64,000 nucleotides of DNA from Chloroflexota bacterium (GTDB lineage: Bacteria > Chloroflexota > Dehalococcoidia > UBA2979), in NCBI GenBank assembly GCA_027593235.1, contig JAQCIU010000004.1, forward strand, positions 64,001 through 128,000, in the 5' to 3' direction. The notes under the pieces were generated by a model. The model had not been told where the DNA came from and did no database searches. It was given only the letters and a program-made list of their open reading frames with translations. Within the stretch, counting starts at the first letter, position 1, and each line of letters starts with the position of its first letter. Both the position numbers and the translations under genes were made by a program. Positions 1 to 8,730 of this stretch are shown here, piece by piece.

Positions 1-128
1 GGGTGGGCTGCTGGCCGCCGGGATTGGCGCGCAGAGCACCCAGTTCCTTTACGGCGCGCTCACGCCTGGTCGCTGGTACCGCCGTGCTCGTGCTCGCCCG
101 CAGGCTGGGCGACTATCGGATGCCGTAA
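1..128 (+). CDS. 3' end of a probable membrane protein (MFS-like C-terminus), apparently frameshifted near 62-67
   Basis: Frame 2 reads GGLLAAGIGAQSTQFLYGALT; frame 3 continues LVAGTAVLVLARRLGDYRMP to TAA at 126-128. Hydrophobic helices with a basic tail; truncated by the window edge. Confidence 0.35.
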   Translation, partial: VGCWPPGLARRAPSSFTARSRLVAGTAVLVLARRLGDYRMP

Positions 129-204
129 CCACGCACTGCGCGTGGCAACATCGAGGCCCACCGCTCCCGGGCGCTCCGGGCGCGCTGACGGAACGGACGT
201 AGCG

Positions 205-867
205 ATGACCAGCGATTCCTCCAACGACAACGTCAGGTTCCCCCCGGAGTTCTTCCAGCGGGCGGACCCCGCTCCGGACACGCAGTTCTACCGCGAGCCA
301 CGCTTCGTCACCCACATCGATGACGCCACCATCGAGGCGCTCACCGGCCTGTACGCAGAAGTGATCCCACCCGGGAGCGCCGTGCTCGACTTGATGTCGT
401 CGTGGGTCTCGCACCTCCCGACCAGCGTCGCCTATGAGCGCGTCTCCGGACTGGGGATGAACGAGCAGGAGTTGGCGACGAACCCCCAGCTCGACGACTA
501 CGTCGTCCACGATCTGAATCAGCGCCCGGAGCTGCCGTACCTGGACGAGAGCTTCGACTTCGTCGTCAGCGCGGTGTCGGTGCAGTACCTCGCCAGGCCG
601 ACGGAAGTGTTCGCATCGATCGCGCGTGTGCTCCGACCGGGCGGTACCTCGGTGGTCGCGTTCTCGCATCGGATGTTCCCGACCAAGGCGGTCGCCATCT
701 GGCAAGAACTGAGCCGCGACGATCGCGCTCGACTCGTCGCGTCGTACCACGTCGTGGCCGGCGCGTTCGACGATCCGGTCTTCGTCGATCGATCGCCGGC
801 GGACGCTGATCCGCTCTGGGTCGTCGTCGCTCGCAAGCGATCCGCGGATGGCAGTCCGATCACCTAG
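205..867 (+). CDS. Class I SAM-dependent methyltransferase (type 11-like)
   Basis: FYREPRFVTHID, VLDLMSSWVSHLP, GLGMNEQEL, VHDLN, AVSVQYL and FSHRMFPTKA motifs; ATG at 205. Confidence 0.85.
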   Translation: MTSDSSNDNVRFPPEFFQRADPAPDTQFYREPRFVTHIDDATIEALTGLYAEVIPPGSAVLDLMSSWVSHLPTSVAYERVSGLGMNEQELATNPQLDDYVVHDLNQRPELPYLDESFDFVVSAVSVQYLARPTEVFASIARVLRPGGTSVVAFSHRMFPTKAVAIWQELSRDDRARLVASYHVVAGAFDDPVFVDRSPADADPLWVVVARKRSADGSPIT

Positions 868-887
868 AAAGAATTTTCCCCAAACCA

Positions 888-914
888 TGAACCTTTCACC
901 GACTACAGGCGTTC
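888..914 (+). promoter_or_regulatory. Candidate ECF-sigma-type promoter for the histone-like gene
   Basis: TGAACC (888-893)-N16-CGTTC (910-914), matching the AAC/CGT ECF promoter pattern, in an AT-richer intergenic region. Confidence 0.4.
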
Positions 915-992
915 TAATGGATGAGGGGTGTGGGCAATTGACATTGCTCGCCCTCAACTTTGTCGTTCAACGGTCTGAGAAGGGATACTCAA

Positions 993-1451
993 CTGGCCAC
1001 CACAAATCGCACCGTCGCGGCTGCAAAGCCTGCCGCGAAGTCAGCAGCCAAGCCGGCTGCGAAATCGGCGGCCAAGCCCCGCGCGGCGGTTCGAACCGCT
1101 GTCAAGGCAGCAGCCAAGCCGAAGGCAGTAGCCAAGAAGCCAGCCACCAAAGCAGCGGCTAAGCCCGCCGCCAAGGCCGTCGCAAGGAAGCCTGCGGTGA
1201 AGGCCGCCGTCAAGAAGCCAGCCACCAAGGCTGCGGCCCGACCGGCCGTGAAGGCTGCGGCGAAGAAGCCAGCCGCCAAGGCTGCGGCCCGACCGGCCGT
1301 GAAGGCCGCGGCGAAGAAGCCAGCCGCCAAGGCTGCGGCCCGACCGGCCGTGAAGGCTGCGGCAAAGAAGCCAGCCGCCAAGGCTGCGGCCCGACCGGCC
1401 GTGAGGGCTGCGGCGAAGAAGCCAGCCGCCCGCGCGGCAGCGAAGCGGTAA
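993..1451 (+). CDS. Histone H1-like Lys/Ala/Pro-rich nucleoid protein (HctB/AlgP/PhaF-tail-like)
   Basis: Composed almost entirely of AAKP/KKPA repeats with no acidic residues. AAGGGA SD-like motif precedes an in-frame CTG at 993; alternative TTG at 960. Confidence 0.8.
   Translation: MATTNRTVAAAKPAAKSAAKPAAKSAAKPRAAVRTAVKAAAKPKAVAKKPATKAAAKPAAKAVARKPAVKAAVKKPATKAAARPAVKAAAKKPAAKAAARPAVKAAAKKPAAKAAARPAVKAAAKKPAAKAAARPAVRAAAKKPAARAAAKR
1197..1430 (+). repeat. Coding tandem repeat, 51-bp unit (VKAAAKKPAAKAAARPA), about 4.6 copies
   Basis: Units start at 1197, 1248, 1299, 1350 and 1401 and are nearly identical at DNA level. Confidence 0.92.
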
Positions 1452-1473
1452 TTACCGCACCGGGTTCACACCC

Positions 1474-1511
1474 AACAAACAGGCCACCGGAATCCGGTGG
1501 CCTGTTTGTTT
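1474..1511. terminator. Intrinsic terminator, probably bidirectional
   Basis: Perfect 17-bp inverted repeat AACAAACAGGCCACCGG-aat-CCGGTGGCCTGTTTGTT between convergent genes. Confidence 0.85.
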
Positions 1512-1534
1512 GTCCGGGCTACGGGCGGAGGGCC

Positions 1535-2383
1535 TCAGTCCTCGTGCAGTCGGGCCCCCAGCCGGCGTAACAGCACCCGGCACGCCTCGCGCGGTCCCGC
1601 GACGTACGGCGGAATGCTGATCTGCTGCGGCGACAACTCCAGCCGTTCGCCGTTGAGCATCAACAGCGCGCCGCCAGCCGCCTCCAGCACGGCGACGCCG
1701 CCCGCGACGTCCCAGACCGATCGAGGTCCCGTCGAGAAGTAGACGTCCGCCTGCGACGTTGCCGCGTGCACCAGCTTCACTGCCGCCGATCCACACGGGT
1801 ACACGTCGAACGGGATCTGGTAGTGCAACTCTCGCCACTCGTAGTCGTGTCGAGAGACCACCACCCGCTGGACCTCGTCGCGACCTGCGATCGATTCGAT
1901 CGGCACCCCGTCGACGCGCGCCTCCAACCGATCCTCGATCACCAGCCCCGACAACACCGAGGACCGCTCGTCCTCCTCGTCGTCGTTCAGCGGCAGCCCG
2001 ACCGCGCCGAGCACCAGTTCGTCACCAACGAACAGGCCGACCGATACGCCGAACTCCGGTAGTCCGCGCAGAAACTCGCGCGTGCCGTCGAGCGGATCGA
2101 CGACCCAGGTCGGCTCGCCGTGAATCAGCGGCGCGTCCTGGCGCGACTCCTCGGAGATCCAGTGCGCGCCCTCGATCAATCCGATGAGCTCACGGTGGAG
2201 CACATCGTCCGCGGCGTGATCGGCCTCGGTGACCGGGCCCTCACCGGGCTTGTGACCCACCCGCATGGTGTCCTGCGCGATGACGCCGAGGATCGCCTCG
2301 TTCGCCTGTGCGACCGCCTGCTCCAGGCCGTCCCGAATCGCATCGAAGTCCAGCGCGCCCCAATCGGACGGCGCGTCGCTCAC
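1535..2383 (-). CDS. Inositol monophosphatase / CysQ family phosphatase
   Basis: PVTEAD, SEE, WVVDPLDGTREF, GSAAVK and WDVAGG motifs. Confidence 0.9.
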   Translation of the reverse strand: MSDAPSDWGALDFDAIRDGLEQAVAQANEAILGVIAQDTMRVGHKPGEGPVTEADHAADDVLHRELIGLIEGAHWISEESRQDAPLIHGEPTWVVDPLDGTREFLRGLPEFGVSVGLFVGDELVLGAVGLPLNDDEEDERSSVLSGLVIEDRLEARVDGVPIESIAGRDEVQRVVVSRHDYEWRELHYQIPFDVYPCGSAAVKLVHAATSQADVYFSTGPRSVWDVAGGVAVLEAAGGALLMLNGERLELSPQQISIPPYVAGPREACRVLLRRLGARLHED

Positions 2384-2517
2384 CGGCTCGCGCTGCCCTC
2401 GACGCCAGTCGTCCAGGCCGTGGCGCCGTTGTCGCTCGCGATGATCGCGAGCAAGAATCGCGCGTCCAGCGCGGACCGACGGGCGGTTACGACCGCCACT
2501 CTGCCCTGAGTATCCAT
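2380..2517 (-). pseudogene. 45-codon ORF, probable remnant of a short-chain dehydrogenase
   Basis: Starts MDTQGRVAVVT; an alternative frame continues PSVRAGRAIL. GGGGAG RBS; GTGA overlap with the downstream phosphatase. Confidence 0.45.
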
Positions 2518-2647
2518 CGTGCTCCCCAGAGGACGCGTCGCCTTGGCAAGCGCATCGTAACCGGTCGCCGAGGGTCGAACGAACAACGGCAGAGCGCAGC
2601 TCAGCAAACAGCCGAGGGAGGGGCGTAGCCGGGTGCCCTGCCCGCGG

Positions 2648-4270
2648 TTACGACGGTCGGACCCACTGTGCGGCGAGCCAGCTCTCGTTGAACCCGTAGG
2701 CGTCAAATTCATATCCGCCCAGCCGTGCGCCGATCGAAGCAATGTCGATCGGGGTAACCAGCGGGAACATTCCCGGTGCCGACCCCAGCAGGACTCGCTG
2801 CGCTTGCCGCATCGCCGAGGCCCGTTCCAGCGGCTCGACCTGCGACAGAGCGGTCGTCACCGCGGCATCGAACACCGGGTTGGAGTACCCCCATTGCGAG
2901 AAGCGCCCATCGAGGCCACCGGTTGTATGCAGCCGGAGACCGTCGCCCGGGGTATCGAGTCCGCCGACCTCAAAAAGGGTCGCCTCGAAGTCGCCCGCAA
3001 AGAACGCCGTCTCCCAGACGGCGTGTTCCTCGATCCGCAGCTGCGCGTCGAAACCGACCGCTCGCAACTGACTGGTCACCATCGAGAGGTAGTCGCGAGG
3101 TCCGGCGGCGTCCGAGGTCAGAATGCGGAACGCCAGCGGCTCGTTCGTCGCCGCCTGCAGCAGCTTCGCCGCCTCGGCCGGGTCGAACTGGTAGAGCGGC
3201 TGCGTCCGCAACTCCGGAACGGCCAGGCTGTCGGCGCCATGCGCCGCACCCACCGGGCTCGCGATCACGCTGGCGTCCACTGCCGCGAGGGCGTCGCGAT
3301 CGAGGCTGCGCGAGATCGCCCGACGGATCCGTTCATCCTGAAACGCCTCGACATGCATCTTCGGCAGGCCGCCCTTGTTCGGGAGAAGCGACAGCCCCAG
3401 CCCGCGCAGCTTCCGCGCTGCCCGCCGCTCCTGCTGCGTCCCCGGTCGCTCAAGCGCCCGTGTCGCGTCCGCCATCGACGTGTGATGGCGGACATCCACT
3501 TCGGACCGCTGGAACGCCTCGTCGAGCTGCGCATCATCGTCGTAGTAGAGGGCGCTGACCTGCTCGAGCCGCGGATAGCCGCTGTCATGGAAGCGCGGGT
3601 TGGCGACGAGCGCGTGGCCCGTGGGGTCCTGGCCCGCCGGTACGAACGGTCCGCTACCAACGGCGTCGGAGAACGGCGCGTAGCGCGTGTCGCCGCGGAC
3701 GCTTGCCCCGGGCGCCGCGAGCGAGTCGAACAGCAGCGCGAACGGCGCGCGAAGACGCAGGCTCAGCGTTGATGAATCAGGGACCGTGACCTGGTCGACG
3801 ACCTCACTGAAGAGGTAGGCCCCCGCCGCCGCCTGCTCCTCGAATCGGCGCTGGATCAACTCCGTGGTGATCGGGGCCGCCAGTCCCTCCACATCCGGGT
3901 GGAAGAACAGATCGGGGCGCAGCGTGAAGTGAATCTCCAGCGGTTCAACCAGCTCGAACGCGCTCGCCAGATCGGCATGCACCGTGGCGCTTCTGGGATC
4001 GATGGCGATGAGCCTGGAGTAGGCGAGCTGCTGCTCTAGGCGGCTGAGCGGCTGCGAGACCAACCGATTGCTGTTGACCACGCCCAGCCGGAGTCGCCCC
4101 GATGGCGCGCCGCTCGGTCCCGCCTCGCGCCCGAGTGTCGCCGTCGCCGCCGCACTGGAACCGGGGGCTGAGTCATCGCCGCATGCGAGGCCGAGCCAAC
4201 TGCCGGCGGCCAGCACCCCGGCGCCCGCAGCCAATCGCAAGGCCTCACGCCGGGAGATACTGCGGGCCAC
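2648..4270 (-). CDS. ABC transporter family-5 substrate-binding lipoprotein with Tat signal
   Basis: SRREALRL twin-arginine motif, LGLAC lipobox, FTLRPDLFFH, GSGPF and DERIRRAISRSLDR motifs; GTG at 4270 after GGGAG. Confidence 0.85.
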   Translation of the reverse strand: MARSISRREALRLAAGAGVLAAGSWLGLACGDDSAPGSSAAATATLGREAGPSGAPSGRLRLGVVNSNRLVSQPLSRLEQQLAYSRLIAIDPRSATVHADLASAFELVEPLEIHFTLRPDLFFHPDVEGLAAPITTELIQRRFEEQAAAGAYLFSEVVDQVTVPDSSTLSLRLRAPFALLFDSLAAPGASVRGDTRYAPFSDAVGSGPFVPAGQDPTGHALVANPRFHDSGYPRLEQVSALYYDDDAQLDEAFQRSEVDVRHHTSMADATRALERPGTQQERRAARKLRGLGLSLLPNKGGLPKMHVEAFQDERIRRAISRSLDRDALAAVDASVIASPVGAAHGADSLAVPELRTQPLYQFDPAEAAKLLQAATNEPLAFRILTSDAAGPRDYLSMVTSQLRAVGFDAQLRIEEHAVWETAFFAGDFEATLFEVGGLDTPGDGLRLHTTGGLDGRFSQWGYSNPVFDAAVTTALSQVEPLERASAMRQAQRVLLGSAPGMFPLVTPIDIASIGARLGGYEFDAYGFNESWLAAQWVRPS

Positions 4271-4395
4271 GCATGCTCCCTGGTGATGCCGACTCAGCGC
4301 GCCGTCATCGTACGAGGTGCTACGGACGAGTGACCACCGTCGCCGCCGAATGCTGGGGCACGACCGCAGCACAATCGATCAGTAGCATCGAGGGC

Positions 4396-5007
4396 ATGCG
4401 GCACTTCGACGACACACCGGACGATTCCCGTCCAGCCAATCCATGGCCACGCCTGCTCGCCCTTGGCGCCGTAATTCTCGTCGCCATCCTTGCCTCCGGA
4501 GCTTGCCTCGTCGCCTTCCTCAACACCGGCGCCGAACCGGAGTTGCGGTTGACGATCGACGAAATCGAACCGGGCATCCCACGGTTCGAGCCGATTACGA
4601 ACTGGGGCGCCGACGACGAGCAATTCACTTACGGAATCTGGGTGGCCCAGATTGAGGGCGTCGGCACCCGTGCGTACCTGTCGCGCGACGTCGGCTCCGG
4701 ATGCCACGTCCAGTGGCTAGCCACCGCGCGCGTCGGCGAGACGGTCGGCCTGTTCCGCGACCGCTGCAGCGGCAGTAGTTATGACATCGGCGGCGCGGTG
4801 ATCGATGGGCCGGCCAGCCGCAACCTCGATCAGTTCAGCGTCACCACGCCGCCGGGCGAGGTGATCGTCGACTTCGCGGTGCTGCTCATCGGGGAATGCC
4901 ACGGTGCGCCGACATCCGACGCACCGATCTGCAGCACTGAACTTGGCACGACGACCCGCACGGTGCCGACGAGCCAGCGGTTGCCGGACGACTTCGCGAC
5001 GCGCTAG
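4396..5007 (+). CDS. Membrane-anchored Rieske-fold protein lacking canonical [2Fe-2S] ligands
   Basis: N-terminal TM helix; box1 DVGSGC, box2 DRCSGSSY, then GPASRNLDQF Pro-loop. Confidence 0.65.
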   Translation: MRHFDDTPDDSRPANPWPRLLALGAVILVAILASGACLVAFLNTGAEPELRLTIDEIEPGIPRFEPITNWGADDEQFTYGIWVAQIEGVGTRAYLSRDVGSGCHVQWLATARVGETVGLFRDRCSGSSYDIGGAVIDGPASRNLDQFSVTTPPGEVIVDFAVLLIGECHGAPTSDAPICSTELGTTTRTVPTSQRLPDDFATR

Positions 5008-5026
5008 CGCCGCAGGCCGAGGCTGG

Positions 5027-5356
5027 CTACCAGATCCCCAGTGCCATCTTGACCTCTTCCGAGGCCATCTCGCGCGGGTCCCACGGCGGGCTCCAGACGA
5101 GGTTCACCTCGACGTCTTCGACGCCCTCGACGTCCGTCGCCTTGTGGTAAATCATCCCCTGCAGCAGCGGGCCGACGGGACAGGCCGGAGAGGTCAACGT
5201 CATGTCGACGGTGACCATGCCCTCGTCGTCTACCGCGACGTCGTAGATCAGACCCAGCTCCGTGATGCTCATGTGGAGCTCGGGGTCTTCGACGGTCTTC
5301 AGGACCGCCCAGATCTCGTCCGTGGTCGGTCGCTTCTTCGTCTCGACATCAGCCAT
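5027..5356 (-). CDS. sufT: SufT / DUF59 metal-sulfur cluster assembly factor
   Basis: VEDPELHMSITELGLIY, MTLTSPACP and LVWSPPW motifs; last gene of the suf operon. Confidence 0.9.
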   Translation of the reverse strand: MADVETKKRPTTDEIWAVLKTVEDPELHMSITELGLIYDVAVDDEGMVTVDMTLTSPACPVGPLLQGMIYHKATDVEGVEDVEVNLVWSPPWDPREMASEEVKMALGIW

Positions 5357-5849
5357 CGTGGTTGGTCCTCTCGTCCGTCGTGGCCGGATCGGCCGCCGGT
5401 CGTGGTTTCAGTGCCTGTTCAAGCGTCTTCCAGGCCAGCGACGCGCACTTCACGCGCGCCGGGAACTTGGCCACGCCAGCTAGCATCTCGCTGTCGCCCA
5501 GATCGTATTCGCCCGCTTCACCGGTGAGCATCAGCTGCTGGAACGCGTCGATCGCCGCCTGCGCGCCTGCGCGATCCAGCCCGTTCACCTGCTCGGTCAT
5601 CATCGAGGCGGACGCCTGCGAGATGGAGCAGCCCTGCCCCGAGAAGCGCAACGCCTCGATGTTGTCACCGTCGAGCTGCACATCGAGGTGGATCTCGTCG
5701 CCACAGAGCGGGTTCGCGCCATCGGCCGCGCAGGTCGGCGCTTCGAGTTCGCCCTTGTTCCGCGGGCTGCGGTAGTGCTCCAGGATCACCTCGCGATAGA
5801 GGTCCTCCATCAGGCTCCCGGCGTTCTCGAGGTCGCGCCTGGCCGTCAT
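5349..5849 (-). CDS. sufU: SufU Fe-S assembly sulfur-transfer protein
   Basis: LYREVILEHY, NPLCGD, GQGCSISQAS and FPARVKCA motifs. Confidence 0.93.
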   Translation of the reverse strand: MTARRDLENAGSLMEDLYREVILEHYRSPRNKGELEAPTCAADGANPLCGDEIHLDVQLDGDNIEALRFSGQGCSISQASASMMTEQVNGLDRAGAQAAIDAFQQLMLTGEAGEYDLGDSEMLAGVAKFPARVKCASLAWKTLEQALKPRPAADPATTDERTNHDG

Positions 5850-5877
5850 CAGTTCGCCCCAAACAGCAGCGTGATCA

Positions 5878-7152
5878 TCAGCGGGTCCCAAACATGCGGG
5901 CGGTGTCCTCGACGGCGCTCACGAGCGCGTCGACTTCCTCGCGGGTGTTGTAGATGTAGAACGAGGCGCGCGCCGTCGCGGGCACCCGCAGCGCCGCCAT
6001 CACCGGCTGTGCGCAGTGGTGACCGGCGCGGATCGCGACGCCGTGGTCGTCCAGCACCTGGCCGATATCGTGCGGGTGCACGTCCTCGAGGGCGAACGAC
6101 AGGACGCCGCCGCGGTCCTCGGCGTTGGGCGGGCCAAAGAGCGTCACGCCCGGCACGTCACCCAGGCGTGCGAGCGCGTACCTCGTGAGGTCCAGCTCGT
6201 GCGCGCGAACCTGGTCCATCCCGAGTGCGTCGAGGTACGTGAGCGCGGCGCCAAAGCCGACGACGCCGGCGATGTTCGGCGTCCCCGCCTCGAGCTTCGC
6301 GGGCACCTCGGCCCAGGTGGACATCTCCTTGGTGACGGTGAGAATCATGTCGCCGCCACCCATGAACGGGTTCATCGCATCGAGGACCTCGAAGCGCCCC
6401 CAGAGCACGCCGACGCCGGTCGGGCCGAGCATCTTGTGCGCCGAGAAGGCGAGGAAGTCGATACCAAGCGCCTGCACGTCAATCGCCAGGTGCGGCACGA
6501 GTTGCGCGCCATCGACGAGCACCGTCGCGCCCTGCGCCTTCGCGAGCGGCACCAACTCCTCGAGCGGCACGATGCTTCCGAGGGCGTTCGACATCGCGGT
6601 GATTGCGAGCAGCTTCGTCTTCGGGCCGATCAGCGCGCGCGCGGCCTCGAGGTCGAGCGTACCGTCGGGCAGCATCGGGATGAACTTCAGCACGATGCCG
6701 CGCTCGTCGCGCAGCATCTGCCACGGCACGATGTTGGAGTGGTGCTCCAGCTCGCTGACCACCACCTCGTCGCCCGCCTGCAGGAACTTCCGTCCCCACC
6801 CGTGCGCGACGAGGTTGATCGATGCCGTCGTCCCGGACGTGAAAACGATCTCGCGTGAGTCCGCAGCGTTGATGAACGCCCGGGTCTGTTCGCGCACGTT
6901 CTCGTAGAGGCCGGTCGCTTCCTGCGACAGCGTGTGCACCCCGCGGTGGATGTTCGCGCTGTGGTCGCGGTAGAAGCGCGTCAACTCAGCGATCACCTGC
7001 ACCGGGTGCTGCGAACTGGCGGCGTTATCGAGGTAGACGAGCTTCGCGCCGGAGGCGACGTCACGCTGCAGGATCGGGAAGTCGCGGCGGATCTTCGCGA
7101 TGTCGTAGGCGCGCGGTGTCGCCTGCTCTTCCGAGATCACCGGCTGTGCCAT
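5878..7152 (-). CDS. sufS: SufS group II cysteine desulfurase
   Basis: YLDNAAS, NIHRGVH, SAHKMLGPTG and RAGHHCAQP motifs. Confidence 0.96.
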   Translation of the reverse strand: MAQPVISEEQATPRAYDIAKIRRDFPILQRDVASGAKLVYLDNAASSQHPVQVIAELTRFYRDHSANIHRGVHTLSQEATGLYENVREQTRAFINAADSREIVFTSGTTASINLVAHGWGRKFLQAGDEVVVSELEHHSNIVPWQMLRDERGIVLKFIPMLPDGTLDLEAARALIGPKTKLLAITAMSNALGSIVPLEELVPLAKAQGATVLVDGAQLVPHLAIDVQALGIDFLAFSAHKMLGPTGVGVLWGRFEVLDAMNPFMGGGDMILTVTKEMSTWAEVPAKLEAGTPNIAGVVGFGAALTYLDALGMDQVRAHELDLTRYALARLGDVPGVTLFGPPNAEDRGGVLSFALEDVHPHDIGQVLDDHGVAIRAGHHCAQPVMAALRVPATARASFYIYNTREEVDALVSAVEDTARMFGTR

Positions 7153-7484
7153 CAGTTGGCCTCGCCCTGCGCTTGCTCGCCACACTCGACGAGGACGCTA
7201 CCGCCCTCGGTCGTGACGGGGTAGGCCGCAACGTCCCGGACCGCGGGCAACGACAGCACCTTGCCAGTTTTCGCATCGAAGGCGGCGCCGTGCCGCGGGC
7301 AGATCACCCGCCCACGTTGCAGGCGGCCCTCGCCAAGCGGTCCACCATCGTGCGTGCAGACGTTGTCGATCGCGTACAACTCGCCGTCGATGTTGCTCAG
7401 CGCGAGCGAACGCCCCGCGCATTCCACCACTCGCACTTCGCCCTCGGGAATGTCATCGATCGCACCAACACGCTCACCGGTCAC
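7152..7484 (-). CDS. Rieske [2Fe-2S] ferredoxin
   Basis: CTHDGG and CPRHGA motifs; TGATG overlap with sufS. Confidence 0.93.
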   Translation of the reverse strand: MTGERVGAIDDIPEGEVRVVECAGRSLALSNIDGELYAIDNVCTHDGGPLGEGRLQRGRVICPRHGAAFDAKTGKVLSLPAVRDVAAYPVTTEGGSVLVECGEQAQGEAN

Positions 7485-7497
7485 AGACGATCCCTCG

Positions 7498-8730
7498 CTA
7501 CAGTTCCGCGTCCGCGAGCTTCGTCACGACGATCGATTCAAGCTCCTCGGCGAGCCCGGCCACGGGAATGTCCTGGATGACGGACTGGAAGAAGCCGGCG
7601 ACCAGAAGCTGGAACGCCGCACGCCGAGGTAAGCCGCGGCTCTGGAGGTAGAACAGCGCTTCCTCGTCGACCGGGCCGACGGTCGCACCGTGGCCGCAGC
7701 GGATCACGTCCGAGGTCAAAATCTCGAGCACCGGGTCAGAGTCCGCCTTCGAGTGACGCGAGAGCAGCAGATTGCGATTCACTTGTTCCGCGTGCGAGCC
7801 CTTCGCCGAAACCTCGACGCGGGTGACGCCGTAGTAGATGGACTTTGAGGCACCCGCGAGCGCTGCCTTGATCTCGACATCCGAGGTCGACTTCGGACCG
7901 ATGTGGTCTTGCAGCGTGACGAAGTCGAAGTGCTGGTCCCCATCGCCGAGGGCGACGCCTCGGATCGTGGAGTTGGCGCCTTCGCCCTCGATCAGCGCTT
8001 CGATCGTCTGCTTGATGATCCGCCCGCCAATCGCGAGCGATGCGACCTGGACGTCGGCGCTGCGGCCCACGCGGCTGCGTGCAGTCGTGAACTCGCGCGT
8101 CTCCGAGCCCCAGCGATCGTCGATCAGCACGCGCACACGCGAGTCGGAATCAGCGACGATCTCGATCACGCTGGAGACGAGCAACGGAGCGTCGCTCGAA
8201 CGAAAGCGCAGCACGACCGTCGCCTCGCTGTCGACGCCAGCGTCGATCAGCACGCGCGGATAGACCGCGCTGCCCGCCGCAACGGCGGTCGCGTCGATGG
8301 TCGCCACAACGGGGCTCTCGAGGCGTGCACCGCGTGGCAGGCGCACGTAGACGCCGTCCGTCCAGTGCGCAGCGTTGGCCGCCAGGAAGCGACCCTCGGT
8401 CGTCGTGACGACGGATCCGAGGCGTTCGCGGACCTGGTCGCCCTCGGAACCGGCGATCGCCTCGCGGAGGCTGCCGGCGAAGGCGCCCGGCGGAGCGGTC
8501 GCCTCGATGGTCAGCACCGGCTCGGCCGGGGCGTGCGACTCGATCACGAGGTCGCTGACGTCCGTGTACTTCCACGGGCGGAGCTGTGGCGTCGGCATCG
8601 GAGTTGATTCGAAGGCGCGAGCGCCCTCGGTGCGACGCGCGAGGAGCCAGTCCGGCTCGTTGCGCGCGGATGCGGCTGTGATGATGGCGGCCTCGGTGTA
8701 CGCCGAGGTCGTTGTGGTGACGTCGGCCAC
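7498..8730 (-). CDS. sufD: Fe-S cluster assembly protein SufD
   Basis: WKYTD, NRNLLLS, PVLEI, CGHGATVG and LFYLQSRG motifs. Confidence 0.93.
   Translation of the reverse strand: MADVTTTTSAYTEAAIITAASARNEPDWLLARRTEGARAFESTPMPTPQLRPWKYTDVSDLVIESHAPAEPVLTIEATAPPGAFAGSLREAIAGSEGDQVRERLGSVVTTTEGRFLAANAAHWTDGVYVRLPRGARLESPVVATIDATAVAAGSAVYPRVLIDAGVDSEATVVLRFRSSDAPLLVSSVIEIVADSDSRVRVLIDDRWGSETREFTTARSRVGRSADVQVASLAIGGRIIKQTIEALIEGEGANSTIRGVALGDGDQHFDFVTLQDHIGPKSTSDVEIKAALAGASKSIYYGVTRVEVSAKGSHAEQVNRNLLLSRHSKADSDPVLEILTSDVIRCGHGATVGPVDEEALFYLQSRGLPRRAAFQLLVAGFFQSVIQDIPVAGLAEELESIVVTKLADAEL

Noticed and set aside
1197-1430. Regular repeats as a possible CRISPR array
   Set aside because: Contiguous in-frame 51-bp coding repeats with no unique spacers and no cas genes.
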